From NCBI GenBank assembly GCA_938084645.1, contig CALKEP010000010.1, forward strand, positions 1 through 64,000: a stretch of DNA of 64,000 bases, in the 5' to 3' direction. The notes under the pieces were generated by a model. It saw nothing but the letters and a program-made list of their open reading frames with translations, was not told the origin of the DNA and did not search any database. The stretch's first letter is position 1, and each line of letters starts with the position of its first letter. The stretch comes from an uncultured Phycisphaerales bacterium. Lineage in GTDB: Bacteria; Planctomycetota; Phycisphaerae; Phycisphaerales; SM1A02. A program made the position numbers and the translations under genes. Positions 10,467-19,523 of this stretch are shown in pieces.

Positions 10467-11243
10467 TCAGAGGCCCGATTCCTCGACGGGGTGCGGCGTT
10501 CGAGTCCCGACGCCGGACAGGTGCCGGCCCACCAGGCGAGCGACCAGCACGGTCAGGAAGACCTGGCCGATCAGCGCCTCGAGGTTCGAGAGCGACCGGG
10601 CGAGTTCCGACTGGGGCGTGATGTCGCCGTAGCCGACGGTGGTGATCGTGATGAGCGAGAAGTAGGCCATCAACCGGTCCGGGCCGAGGGAGAAGTCGGG
10701 ATCCGTCGGCGGGCCCGGGATGTCGAAGGCGGCAGGGTCGAGCGTGACGAGGATGGTGTAGATCGAGGCGAACACGCCGCTGATCAGGAGATAGACCGAG
10801 ATCGATCCGCAGATCGTGTCGACGTCGACCTCGCGGGTCGAGAAGATGTCCGCGCAGATCAGCAGGATGAGATACGTGAGCAGCAGGGTGTCGAGCACGA
10901 GCGCGATCGTCACGATCGTCGAATGCGCTTCGCCCGGCAGGAAGCGGCCCGAGACGCCGACGATGATCGCGACGGCGCCGAGGCAGAGGCAGACGATGAA
11001 ATGGATCCGATTCGCGATGAAGGCACGAACCGCCGCGAGGAGGAGCAGGCCGATCACCAGGTCCCCGATGTAGATGTGCGACGAGACGAGCTCGAACCGC
11101 CCGACCAGCGGGCCGATGATGAGCATCAGGAAGAGACCGGACATGATCCAGATGTACCGGCCACCGATGAAGAGTCGAAGGAACCCCATCGGATTGAGCG
11201 GCGTCGCATGAGGCGGGTCTGACTTGGGTCGGAAGAAGGCCAT
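10467..11243 (-). CDS. Potassium channel family protein (Ion_trans_2)
   Basis: YFSLITITTVGYGDITP selectivity filter; multiple TM helices. Confidence 0.9.
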   Translation of the reverse strand: MAFFRPKSDPPHATPLNPMGFLRLFIGGRYIWIMSGLFLMLIIGPLVGRFELVSSHIYIGDLVIGLLLLAAVRAFIANRIHFIVCLCLGAVAIIVGVSGRFLPGEAHSTIVTIALVLDTLLLTYLILLICADIFSTREVDVDTICGSISVYLLISGVFASIYTILVTLDPAAFDIPGPPTDPDFSLGPDRLMAYFSLITITTVGYGDITPQSELARSLSNLEALIGQVFLTVLVARLVGRHLSGVGTRTPHPVEESGL

Positions 11244-11316
11244 CCCGGGGATATCGACCGACCCCCGCGCCCCGATGAAAAGATGACGTGGCCGCCCGAG
11301 GGGATATCATTCCCCG

Positions 11317-11985
11317 ATGGAAGCAGCCCTCGACATTCGTGATCTCCGGTTCCGCCGTTCGGGCGGATTCGAGATCGACGTTCCGGAATTCCGAATCGAC
11401 GCCGCCGAGCAGGTGCTGTTGACCGGACCCTCCGGGTGCGGGAAGAGCACCCTGCTGATGCTCGCCGCCGGACTTCTCGACGCCGATGCGGGATCGATCT
11501 CGATCGCAGGTCGCGAAATCTCGGGAGTCCGGGGCGCCGCCCGGGACGCCCTTCGTGCCGATCGCGTCGGAATGGTCTTTCAGACCCACCATCTGCTCCC
11601 GGGGCTGACCGCCCGGGAGAACGTGGCCGCCGCACTGCTGTTCGGGGGCGTCCCGAAGGCCAGGCACGCGGAGATCGCGGGCGGGCTCCTGGATCGCCTC
11701 GAGGTCGAGTCGGGAGCGAGGATCGATCGCCTGAGCGTCGGGCAGCAGCAGCGCGTCGCCATCGCCCGCGCGGTGGCGGGCGAACCATCGATCGTGCTCG
11801 CCGACGAACCGACCGCGGCCCTCGATCCCGAGCATGCCGCGAACGCGGTCGAGCTGCTGCAGGAGATCTGCAGAGAGCGTGGCGCCGCGCTGCTGCTCAC
11901 CAGTCATGATCCGTCACTCGAGGCGGCGTTCAATCGCGTGATTCGATTCTCGAATCTCGCCCGCGTGGAGGAGCCCTCGTCGTGA
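11317..11985 (+). CDS. ABC transporter ATP-binding protein (LolD/ZrgB-like)
   Basis: Walker A GPSGCGKS, signature LSVGQQQRV, Walker B LADEPT, TSH switch. Confidence 0.93.
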   Translation: MEAALDIRDLRFRRSGGFEIDVPEFRIDAAEQVLLTGPSGCGKSTLLMLAAGLLDADAGSISIAGREISGVRGAARDALRADRVGMVFQTHHLLPGLTARENVAAALLFGGVPKARHAEIAGGLLDRLEVESGARIDRLSVGQQQRVAIARAVAGEPSIVLADEPTAALDPEHAANAVELLQEICRERGAALLLTSHDPSLEAAFNRVIRFSNLARVEEPSS

Positions 11986-13355
11986 CCGATCTTCGTCTCG
12001 TCCTGAAATCACTGGTGGCTCGTTCGACCTCGACGGTGGTCACCTGCCTGCTGATCGCCATCGCGGTGGCGCTGCTCATCTCGATGCTCTCCCTCCGCGA
12101 GGCCGGGCGTCGCAGCTTCACGCGTGGCGTGGGCAACGCCCACCTGGTCGTGAGTGGCGACTCGAGCCCGCTCGTCGCGGTCCTGAACGGGATCTTCTAC
12201 GCGAACCCGCCCCGCACGCCCCTTCCCGAATCGAAGTTCGAGGAGATCGCCGGATCGATGCCGTGGTCGTGGGCGATTCCCACGCAGTTGGGCGATTCCT
12301 TTCGCGGCTTCCCCGTCCTCGGCACCACGCCCGCATTTCTCGACGATTTCGAGCCTGCCGTCGGCGAACCGTGGCGGATTCGGCGACCGGGTCGAAACAT
12401 CGAAGGGCCGTTCGACGTGGTGCTCGGAAGCCAGGTGGCGGCCGCCACCGGCCTCGGGGTCGGAGATCGGCTCTTCCTCACCCACGGCATGGGCGTCGAC
12501 GCGGCCGGTGGCGCGGTCGATGATCCGCCGACGTCCGCCGGGCAGGATTCGCACGACCACGGTTCGCACGACCACGGCCACGACCACGGTCATGTGCACG
12601 CCGACGGCAGCCCCCACGTCCACGAGGAGGCCACCTTCGAGGTGGTCGGCGTCCTTGAACCGAGTGGCACCCACCATGACCGGCTCCTCGTGGCCTCGAT
12701 CGAGGGGTCCTGGTTCCTGCACGCCATCGACCGGTGGGAGGCGGCGGGTCGTTCGCTTCCCTCGAACGTCGACGAACTCGATGAGGCGGATCGCCAGGTC
12801 ACCGGAATGCTGCTTCGGACGCCGGTCCGTGCCGGCCGGAACAGTGCGGCGATTCTTCAGTCGTCGTTCGACCGGCTTCGTCGGGACCCATCCATCACCG
12901 TGGCCTCTCCGGCGACCCAGGTCGACCGACTCTTCGGGATCGTCGCGAGCCTGGATGCGGTGTTCATCGCCCTCGGCATCGGCATCCTGGTCTCGGGCGC
13001 GATTTCGGTCACGCTCGTGCTCTGGAACTCGATGGAACTCCGACGTCGGCAGATCGCCGTCCTGCGGGTCCTCGGCTGCACGCGGGGCCGCGTGCTCGGA
13101 CTGGTGCTGACCGAAAGCGCGATGATCGGCGTGGCCGGTGCGGTCCTCGGGGCCGTGTTCGCGGTCGCGGGGGCACGGATCGCGGCGGAGCTCCTCGCGT
13201 CGAGGACGGGCGTCGTGATCCTGCCGACCATCGACGTCGATTCGTCGATCCTCATCGTCGCCGGCACGGTCGTGCTGGCGGCGTTCGCCGGCGTCGCGCC
13301 CGCGATCCGGGCCTATCGAACCCCGGTCGCCGAGCATCTTCGGCCGCTCGATTGA
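11982..13355 (+). CDS. ABC transporter permease (FtsX/MacB type, ZrgC-like) with His-rich loop
   Basis: GTGA overlap with ATPase; 1+3 TM topology; LGDSFRGFPVLGT; SHDHGSHDHGHDHGHVHADGSPHVH insert. Confidence 0.88.
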   Translation: MTDLRLVLKSLVARSTSTVVTCLLIAIAVALLISMLSLREAGRRSFTRGVGNAHLVVSGDSSPLVAVLNGIFYANPPRTPLPESKFEEIAGSMPWSWAIPTQLGDSFRGFPVLGTTPAFLDDFEPAVGEPWRIRRPGRNIEGPFDVVLGSQVAAATGLGVGDRLFLTHGMGVDAAGGAVDDPPTSAGQDSHDHGSHDHGHDHGHVHADGSPHVHEEATFEVVGVLEPSGTHHDRLLVASIEGSWFLHAIDRWEAAGRSLPSNVDELDEADRQVTGMLLRTPVRAGRNSAAILQSSFDRLRRDPSITVASPATQVDRLFGIVASLDAVFIALGIGILVSGAISVTLVLWNSMELRRRQIAVLRVLGCTRGRVLGLVLTESAMIGVAGAVLGAVFAVAGARIAAELLASRTGVVILPTIDVDSSILIVAGTVVLAAFAGVAPAIRAYRTPVAEHLRPLD

Positions 13356-13445
13356 GCGGAGTGAAACCTCCGGCCCGCTCGCAAGTAGGATGACCGACAC
13401 CGAGGGCGTTGCCGCCCGACCGCAGGAAGAGGAGCAAGTCGACGC

Positions 13446-14528
13446 ATGAGATTCATCTGGGCGATCATCGCGGGGATCCTCATCGCGGCGATCGTGGTGC
13501 TCGTCCGGGATCGGGATGCGCCCGTGGTCGCGCCGACGTCGGAAGCCGCCACCGCGCGGCCGCCGGCCACCGAATCGATCCGCAAGATCGCGACCCAGGC
13601 CGCCGAAGCATCCGACGAGTCTTCCGAATCCACGTCGACGACCAGCGCAGCGGCCGACCTCGCCGGTGGTTCCGACGAGCCCGCGGAGATCGAGGCCGGC
13701 ACCGACGCGATCGCATCCCTCGCCCCGATCACGGGCGTCACGCACGTGATGATCGAGGGCGACACCCTGCAATCGATCGCCCTGCGTCGATACGGCGACG
13801 CGCGGCTCTGGCGGCGCATCGTCGATGCGAATCCGGCGTTGGCGGCGGGCGAGCTCCGGCTCGGCGATTCCATCGATCTTCCGCCACTCGAGTCGATTCC
13901 CGACGCTGCCACGACGGAGTCTCTCGTCGCGGATCTCGACTCGGGCCGCGCCGAGCGTCCGAAGAAGGTCGCCGTGGAGGACCGAATCGAGGTCTCCGAC
14001 GACGCCCCGAGGCTCGACCTCGGGATGGACAAGGAGATTCTCGATGCGAAGGTCGTCCCGGGCGAACTCGTGCGGCTCGCCGACGACCGCATCGTCGCCG
14101 ACGGTGAATTCACGATTCGAGGCGAGGGAACCCGTGAGTCCCCCTATCGCGTCAGCTGGGAACTTCTCGCGAGCGCGGCGGACGGCTACCGGCCCAGTCT
14201 CGGTGAACGGGACATCCCACAGCGGATCGCGGCCCTCGACGGCGCCTGGATCCGCATCGACGGCTACGTCGCCTTCCCGCTCGGCGGGGCCGAGAGCACC
14301 GAGATCCTCGCGATGCTGAATCAGTGGGACGGTTGCTGCATCGGCATTCCACCGACCCCGTACGACGCGATCGAAGTGGCGCTGTCGGCACCCGTGCCAC
14401 GATCCCAACGACACGCCGTCACCTTCGGCTCGCTCACCGGTCGACTGCAGGTCTCGCCCTACCTGGTCGAGAACTGGCTCGTCGGTCTCTATCTCATGGA
14501 CGATGCCGAGCTTCGGATCGAACTCTGA
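13446..14528 (+). CDS. Membrane-anchored LysM + DUF3299-like protein
   Basis: N-terminal TM; LysM HVMIEGDTLQSIALRRYGDARLWRRIVDANP; C-terminal VSWELL...LDGAWIRIDGY...WDGCCIGIPP. Confidence 0.8.
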   Translation: MRFIWAIIAGILIAAIVVLVRDRDAPVVAPTSEAATARPPATESIRKIATQAAEASDESSESTSTTSAAADLAGGSDEPAEIEAGTDAIASLAPITGVTHVMIEGDTLQSIALRRYGDARLWRRIVDANPALAAGELRLGDSIDLPPLESIPDAATTESLVADLDSGRAERPKKVAVEDRIEVSDDAPRLDLGMDKEILDAKVVPGELVRLADDRIVADGEFTIRGEGTRESPYRVSWELLASAADGYRPSLGERDIPQRIAALDGAWIRIDGYVAFPLGGAESTEILAMLNQWDGCCIGIPPTPYDAIEVALSAPVPRSQRHAVTFGSLTGRLQVSPYLVENWLVGLYLMDDAELRIEL

Positions 14529-14565
14529 TCCGGCGCCCGGTCGTCACGTTCGCGGAGTCTCCTGC

Positions 14566-16278
14566 ATGATCTCTCTTCTGCTCGCCGCCGCCGTCGGTTC
14601 GGCCGACGTCACGCCTCCCTGGGACGCCTATCTCGACGAAGCGGCGTTCGATCGCCGCGTGGCGGCATGGTCCACCGCGCATCCGGATCGGGTCCGCATC
14701 GAGACCTACGGAACGAGTCGCGAAGGTCGGCCGCTCCTCGTGGCGACGCTCTCGAACGATCTCGAGACCGCGGGCGACCGTCCCGCCCTTCTCGTGGTCG
14801 CGGGACTCGACGGACTTCATCCGGCGGGGACGGAGTACGCGGTCCGCATCGCGGAGTCGATCCTCGCCGATCGGCAGGAACTGCTCGAGGAGGTGACCAT
14901 CCACATCCTGCCTCGAGCCAACCCCGATGCGCTCGCGGCGAACTTCGCGGGTGTGAATCTCGGTCGCCGCGGAGGATCCCGCCGGGTCGATGCGGATCGA
15001 GACGGCATGATCGACGAGGATCCGCCGCGGGATCTCGACGGCGACGGCGTCGTCGCGACGATGCGATGGGCGAATCCGAGGCTCGCACCGGCAGCGACGC
15101 ATCTCCCGGATCCCGGGGCTCCCCGACTGATGAAGTCGCCGGACCGTTCCCTCGGTGAACGCGCGGGCTTCGTGATGCTTCGGGAAGGCGAGGATCTCGA
15201 TGGTGACGGACAGGTCGCCGAGGACGGCGTCGGCGAGGTGATCTTCGACCGGAACTTCCCGCATCGCTGGTCACCCCATTCGGTGGACGCCGGCCCCTAC
15301 CAGTTGAGCGAGCCGGAGACGCTCGCCCTCGCGGAATTCGTGCTGGGACACCCGCGGATCTTCGCATCGGTGGTCTACGGCCCCCACGACACCATGGTGA
15401 CGCTTCCCGACGCGAAGAAGATGGACGTCACCAAGCGGACCCCCATCGGAATCGACGGCAAGGACAAGGCGCTGTACGAGACGCTCGCGGAGGCGTACGA
15501 AACGCACGCGGGCCAGACGCGGAGCACCGATCACGACGACGCCGGCAGCCTGCACTCCTGGTTGTACGCCCACCGCGGGATTCCGACGGCGGCCGTCACC
15601 GGGTGGGGCCGTCCCGATCCGCCGGAGGCGGAGACCCCACCGGAGGACGAGGCGTCCGCCGACGCGGCGACCGACGAGCAGGAGACCGCCGAGGAATCGC
15701 CCCCCGAGCCAGCGGATGCCGAGGCGGCCGCCTGGCTTCGATACTCGGACGACTTCCGCGACGGTGCGGGGTTCATCGAGTGGACCGCGTTCGACCACCC
15801 CACCCTCGGTCCGGTCGAGATCGGGGGCATGGTCCCCGGCTTCACCTTGAATCCGCCCGCGGAGCGACTGGATGAACTGGGGGCCGGTCAGGCGACCTTC
15901 GTGACGGCCCTCGCCGGGATGCGACCTCGAGTGATCGTCGAAGGCCCCGATGTCGAGGATCTCGGCGGCGGACTCCGTCGCGTCCGGCTCGCGATGGTCA
16001 ACGACGGGACGATGCCGACCCGGACCGCCATGGCCCGGGCCAATCGTGCGATCCGGCCGATCGTGGTTCGGTTCGACGTCGATCGGTCGCGCCTGCTCGA
16101 GGGAAAACGCGTCGACCGGATCGACGGACTCGATGGTCGGGGAGGACGAGCGTTGTTCGAGTGGGTCTACCGCGTCGACGACGGTCCCACCCGCATCGTG
16201 ATCGACGATCCGGTGTCCGGTACGAGATCGATCGAGATCACGGACCACGGCACGGCCATGAACGGAGACGACCGATGA
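14566..16278 (+). CDS. M14 carboxypeptidase-fold protein, probably catalytically degenerate
   Basis: Signal peptide, YGTSREGRPL, LPRANPD, FDRNFP, SEPET, DxDxDG loops; HxxE site reads LDGLH. Confidence 0.82.
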   Translation: MISLLLAAAVGSADVTPPWDAYLDEAAFDRRVAAWSTAHPDRVRIETYGTSREGRPLLVATLSNDLETAGDRPALLVVAGLDGLHPAGTEYAVRIAESILADRQELLEEVTIHILPRANPDALAANFAGVNLGRRGGSRRVDADRDGMIDEDPPRDLDGDGVVATMRWANPRLAPAATHLPDPGAPRLMKSPDRSLGERAGFVMLREGEDLDGDGQVAEDGVGEVIFDRNFPHRWSPHSVDAGPYQLSEPETLALAEFVLGHPRIFASVVYGPHDTMVTLPDAKKMDVTKRTPIGIDGKDKALYETLAEAYETHAGQTRSTDHDDAGSLHSWLYAHRGIPTAAVTGWGRPDPPEAETPPEDEASADAATDEQETAEESPPEPADAEAAAWLRYSDDFRDGAGFIEWTAFDHPTLGPVEIGGMVPGFTLNPPAERLDELGAGQATFVTALAGMRPRVIVEGPDVEDLGGGLRRVRLAMVNDGTMPTRTAMARANRAIRPIVVRFDVDRSRLLEGKRVDRIDGLDGRGGRALFEWVYRVDDGPTRIVIDDPVSGTRSIEITDHGTAMNGDDR

Positions 16279-18068
16279 CGCCCATCAACCGGAACAGGAA
16301 CGACATGACTCGACTGGGAACACTCGCGATCGCCCTGGGAATCGCCATGGCACCGGTGACCACCGTGCAGGCCCAGCAGCAGATCGAGGCGAAGGTTCCG
16401 ATCGCCTTCAATCGGTTCTACGACTACGAGGAGATGGGGACCCGGCTCGCGGAACTCGCATCCGCCCACCCCGAACTCTGCAAGCTCACGTCGATCGGCA
16501 AGAGCGAGCAGGGTCGGGAGATGTGGCTGTTGACGATCAACAACCCGGAGACCGGCGGCGACCGATCGAAGCCTGGCATGTGGATCGACGGCAACGTCCA
16601 CGGCAACGAGATTCAGGCCGCGGAGACGGTCCTCTACACCGCGTGGTACCTGCTCGAGGGATACGACGAGGTCGAGGCGATCCGGGAGCTGGTCGACGAG
16701 AACGCCTTCTACCTGCTTCCGATGGTGAATCCCGACGGCCGGGCGGGCTGGTTCCGTGATCCCGGAACCCCCCACTCCAACCGGACCGGCCTTCGACCGA
16801 CCGACAACGACTTCGACGGACTGCTCGACGAGGACGGGCCGGACGACCTGAACGGCGACGGGTACATCGGTCGCATGTGGCGAAAGGACCCGAACGGGAC
16901 CCACAAGCGAAGCGAGCGCGATCCGCGGATGTTCGTGCGGGTGCCCGCGGTGCCCGGCCCGGACGGGCGGATCATGCGGGGCCAGTGGTCGATGGCGGGC
17001 AGCGAAGGCATCGACAACGACGGCGACGGTCGGATCAACGAGGACGGTCAGGGCGGATACGACATGAACCGCAACTGGCCGAGCGACTGGCAGCCCAATC
17101 ACGTGCAGCGTGGTGCGGGGACCCATCCGTTCAGCTATCCCGAGACCCGTTGCGTCGGTGACTTCATCCGGGCCCATCCCAACATCGCGGCGGGTCAGAG
17201 CTACCACAACACCGGCGGCATGATTCTTCGAGGCCCCGGCGCGCCCTACGAGTCGGGAAACTATCCACGAGCGGATCTGGCCGTGTACGACGCGCTCGGG
17301 AACGCGGGCGAGGAGATGCTCCCGCACTACGACTACATGATCATCCACTCCGAGCTCTATCCGGTCCACGGAGGGTTCGTGAACTGGATGGCCGAGGGAC
17401 TGGGCGTGATCTCGTTCACCAACGAGCTCTGGACGGATCGTCGGATCCTGCAGGATGGCGGCGGTGGTCCGGGAGACGAGGAGGGACGGATGCGATGGGA
17501 GGACCGGGTCCTCTTCGGCCAGACCTTCAGCGACTGGACCGAAGTCGAGCATCCGGAGTACGGCACGGTGCTCGTCGGCGGCGGCAACAAGTGGTCGAGC
17601 CGGACGCCCCCGCCCTTCATGCTGGAGGAGGAGGCGCACCGCAACTTCGCGTTCACGATGTTCCACGCGGCGGAGATGCCGAGGCTTCGAGGGCACGACG
17701 TGGTGGTGAAGGACCTCGGAAGCGGACTCTGGCAGGTCGACCTCGAGATCGCCAACGATGCGTTGATCCCCTCGCGTACCGCGCACATGCGATCGAAGGG
17801 GATCGGACGTCCCGATCTCCTGACTTTCGAGCCGTCGGACGGCACCGAACTCCGGCTCGCCGGACCGGTCGCGAATCGATTCGCGCCGACCTTCGAGCCT
17901 GCGGAACACCGGCCGGAACGCCTGCTGGTGGAGGGCGGTGTTCCCGGCCGAGGTATCGCGACGTTCCGGTACGTGCTGGAGAGCGACGGGCCGCCCTCGG
18001 GCACGTTCCGCTATTCGGCGGAGAAGGCCTCGGACATCTCGATCCCGCTCGAGGTCGCCGCCGAATGA
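16275..18068 (+). CDS. M14 zinc carboxypeptidase
   Basis: ATGA overlap; signal peptide; IGKSEQGR, DGNVHGNE, VNPDGR, MNRNWP, SYHN, FTNELW. Confidence 0.9.
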   Translation: MTPINRNRNDMTRLGTLAIALGIAMAPVTTVQAQQQIEAKVPIAFNRFYDYEEMGTRLAELASAHPELCKLTSIGKSEQGREMWLLTINNPETGGDRSKPGMWIDGNVHGNEIQAAETVLYTAWYLLEGYDEVEAIRELVDENAFYLLPMVNPDGRAGWFRDPGTPHSNRTGLRPTDNDFDGLLDEDGPDDLNGDGYIGRMWRKDPNGTHKRSERDPRMFVRVPAVPGPDGRIMRGQWSMAGSEGIDNDGDGRINEDGQGGYDMNRNWPSDWQPNHVQRGAGTHPFSYPETRCVGDFIRAHPNIAAGQSYHNTGGMILRGPGAPYESGNYPRADLAVYDALGNAGEEMLPHYDYMIIHSELYPVHGGFVNWMAEGLGVISFTNELWTDRRILQDGGGGPGDEEGRMRWEDRVLFGQTFSDWTEVEHPEYGTVLVGGGNKWSSRTPPPFMLEEEAHRNFAFTMFHAAEMPRLRGHDVVVKDLGSGLWQVDLEIANDALIPSRTAHMRSKGIGRPDLLTFEPSDGTELRLAGPVANRFAPTFEPAEHRPERLLVEGGVPGRGIATFRYVLESDGPPSGTFRYSAEKASDISIPLEVAAE

Positions 18069-18099
18069 ACCCACCAGAAGCGGTGCGGCCGTCGTGAGC

Positions 18100-19353
18100 A
18101 TGGAGTCCGTCGACGTCCTCGTGGTGGGCGCCGGTGCGGCGGGCCTCATGGCGGCCATCCATGCCGGAAGAACGTCGGGGCCGGACACCCGGATCCTCGT
18201 CGTCGACGGCGCGAGGAAGATCGGCGCGAAGATCCTGGTGGCGGGTGGCGGCCGATGCAACGTGACGCATCACGAAGTCCGGCCGGAGGACTACGGCGGT
18301 TCGACTCGGAACGCGATTCGCAAGGTGCTTCGCGCCTATCCGGTCGAGGCGGTGGTGGAATTCTTCGCCGCCGAAGGCGTCGCATTGAAGCGGGAGGAGA
18401 CCGGCAAGCTCTTTCCCACGACCGACAAGGCGAGGACCGTCCTCGATGCGTTGCTGGAGGCGGTCTCGAAGGCCGGGGTCGAACTCCGTCATCCGGTTCG
18501 GATCGAATCGATCGAACGACGGGACGATGGTTTCATGGTGGCCGGTTCGGAATTCCAGGCGACCGCGGGTCGAGTCGTGCTCTGCACGGGTGGGAAGGCG
18601 CTCCCGAAGTCTGGCTCCGACGGTGCGGGGCTGGAGATCGCCCGCGGCCTCGGACACTCCACCACCGATGCGATCCATCCGGCGTTGGTCCCTCTGGTGC
18701 TGACCGACGTCGATCCGATTCGTGAACTGGGTGGCATCGCGGCGCCGGTGACGTTGATGATTCGAAGTGGCAACGGCCGCGCGATCGCCGAGTACACGGC
18801 GCCGCTTCTCTGCACGCACTTCGGCGTCTCGGGGCCGGTGGTCCTCGACGCGAGTCGATACCTCCTCGCGGCCCGCGCCGCAGGGGACGATGCGACCGCG
18901 GTGGTTCGCTGGCTGCCGGACGTGGATCGCGGCGAATTCGAACAGTCGATCCTCGGCGCCTCCGGCGGTGCGACGTGTCAGTCGCTGCTCAAGGGGCGGC
19001 TGCCGGATCGACTTCTCCGCATGCTTCTCCACGCCGCGGGCGTGGAGCCGGCGGATCGAGTCCGGGGACTGACCCGGGACCGTCGACGAGCCCTTCTCGA
19101 CACGCTGTTCGAGCACCCCCTGGTCGTGGTGGGCGATCGGGGCTACACGTTCGCCGAAGCGACGGCGGGCGGCGTCCCACTCTCCGAGATCAGGCTGGAG
19201 TCGATGGAATCACGCGTGGTCCCGGGACTGCATCTCGCCGGTGAGATCTGCGACGTGGACGGCCGCGTGGGTGGCTTCAACTTCCAATGGGCGTGGGCGA
19301 GCGGTCGGGTGGCTGGCGCGGCGGCGGCCGCTTCGATCCGGTCGAACTCCTGA
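18100..19353 (+). CDS. HI0933/BaiN/YhiN-family flavoprotein
   Basis: VGAGAAG, GAKILVAGGGRCNVT, CTHFGVSGP, TAGGV, GEICDVDGRVGGFNFQWAWASG. Confidence 0.92.
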   Translation: MESVDVLVVGAGAAGLMAAIHAGRTSGPDTRILVVDGARKIGAKILVAGGGRCNVTHHEVRPEDYGGSTRNAIRKVLRAYPVEAVVEFFAAEGVALKREETGKLFPTTDKARTVLDALLEAVSKAGVELRHPVRIESIERRDDGFMVAGSEFQATAGRVVLCTGGKALPKSGSDGAGLEIARGLGHSTTDAIHPALVPLVLTDVDPIRELGGIAAPVTLMIRSGNGRAIAEYTAPLLCTHFGVSGPVVLDASRYLLAARAAGDDATAVVRWLPDVDRGEFEQSILGASGGATCQSLLKGRLPDRLLRMLLHAAGVEPADRVRGLTRDRRRALLDTLFEHPLVVVGDRGYTFAEATAGGVPLSEIRLESMESRVVPGLHLAGEICDVDGRVGGFNFQWAWASGRVAGAAAAASIRSNS

Positions 19354-19425
19354 CCGCGGCGATCCCCTCGAATCGTCCGCGGCCATCTCCGGCATCGAGC
19401 CCGTTAGCATGTCGTCGACGACGCG

Positions 19426-19499
19426 GGGCTGGTAGCTCAGCGGCCCAGAGCCCCCGACTCATAATCGGCGAGACCCCGGTTCGAATCCGGGCCGGCCCA
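19426..19499 (+). tRNA. tRNA-CAT, most likely tRNA-Ile2 (lysidine)
   Basis: Acceptor GGGCTGG/CCGGCCC, D arm GCTC/GAGC, anticodon arm CCGA-CTCATAA-TCGG, T arm CCCGG-TTCGAAT-CCGGG; G1-C72 pair excludes fMet; CCA not encoded. Confidence 0.9.
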
Positions 19500-19523
19500 C
19501 CTTCGTCGTCCTCGTCACCGCCG

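Noticed and set aside
12545..12600. CACGACCACGG short repeats
   Set aside because: Explained by the His-Asp-His-Gly coding of the permease loop
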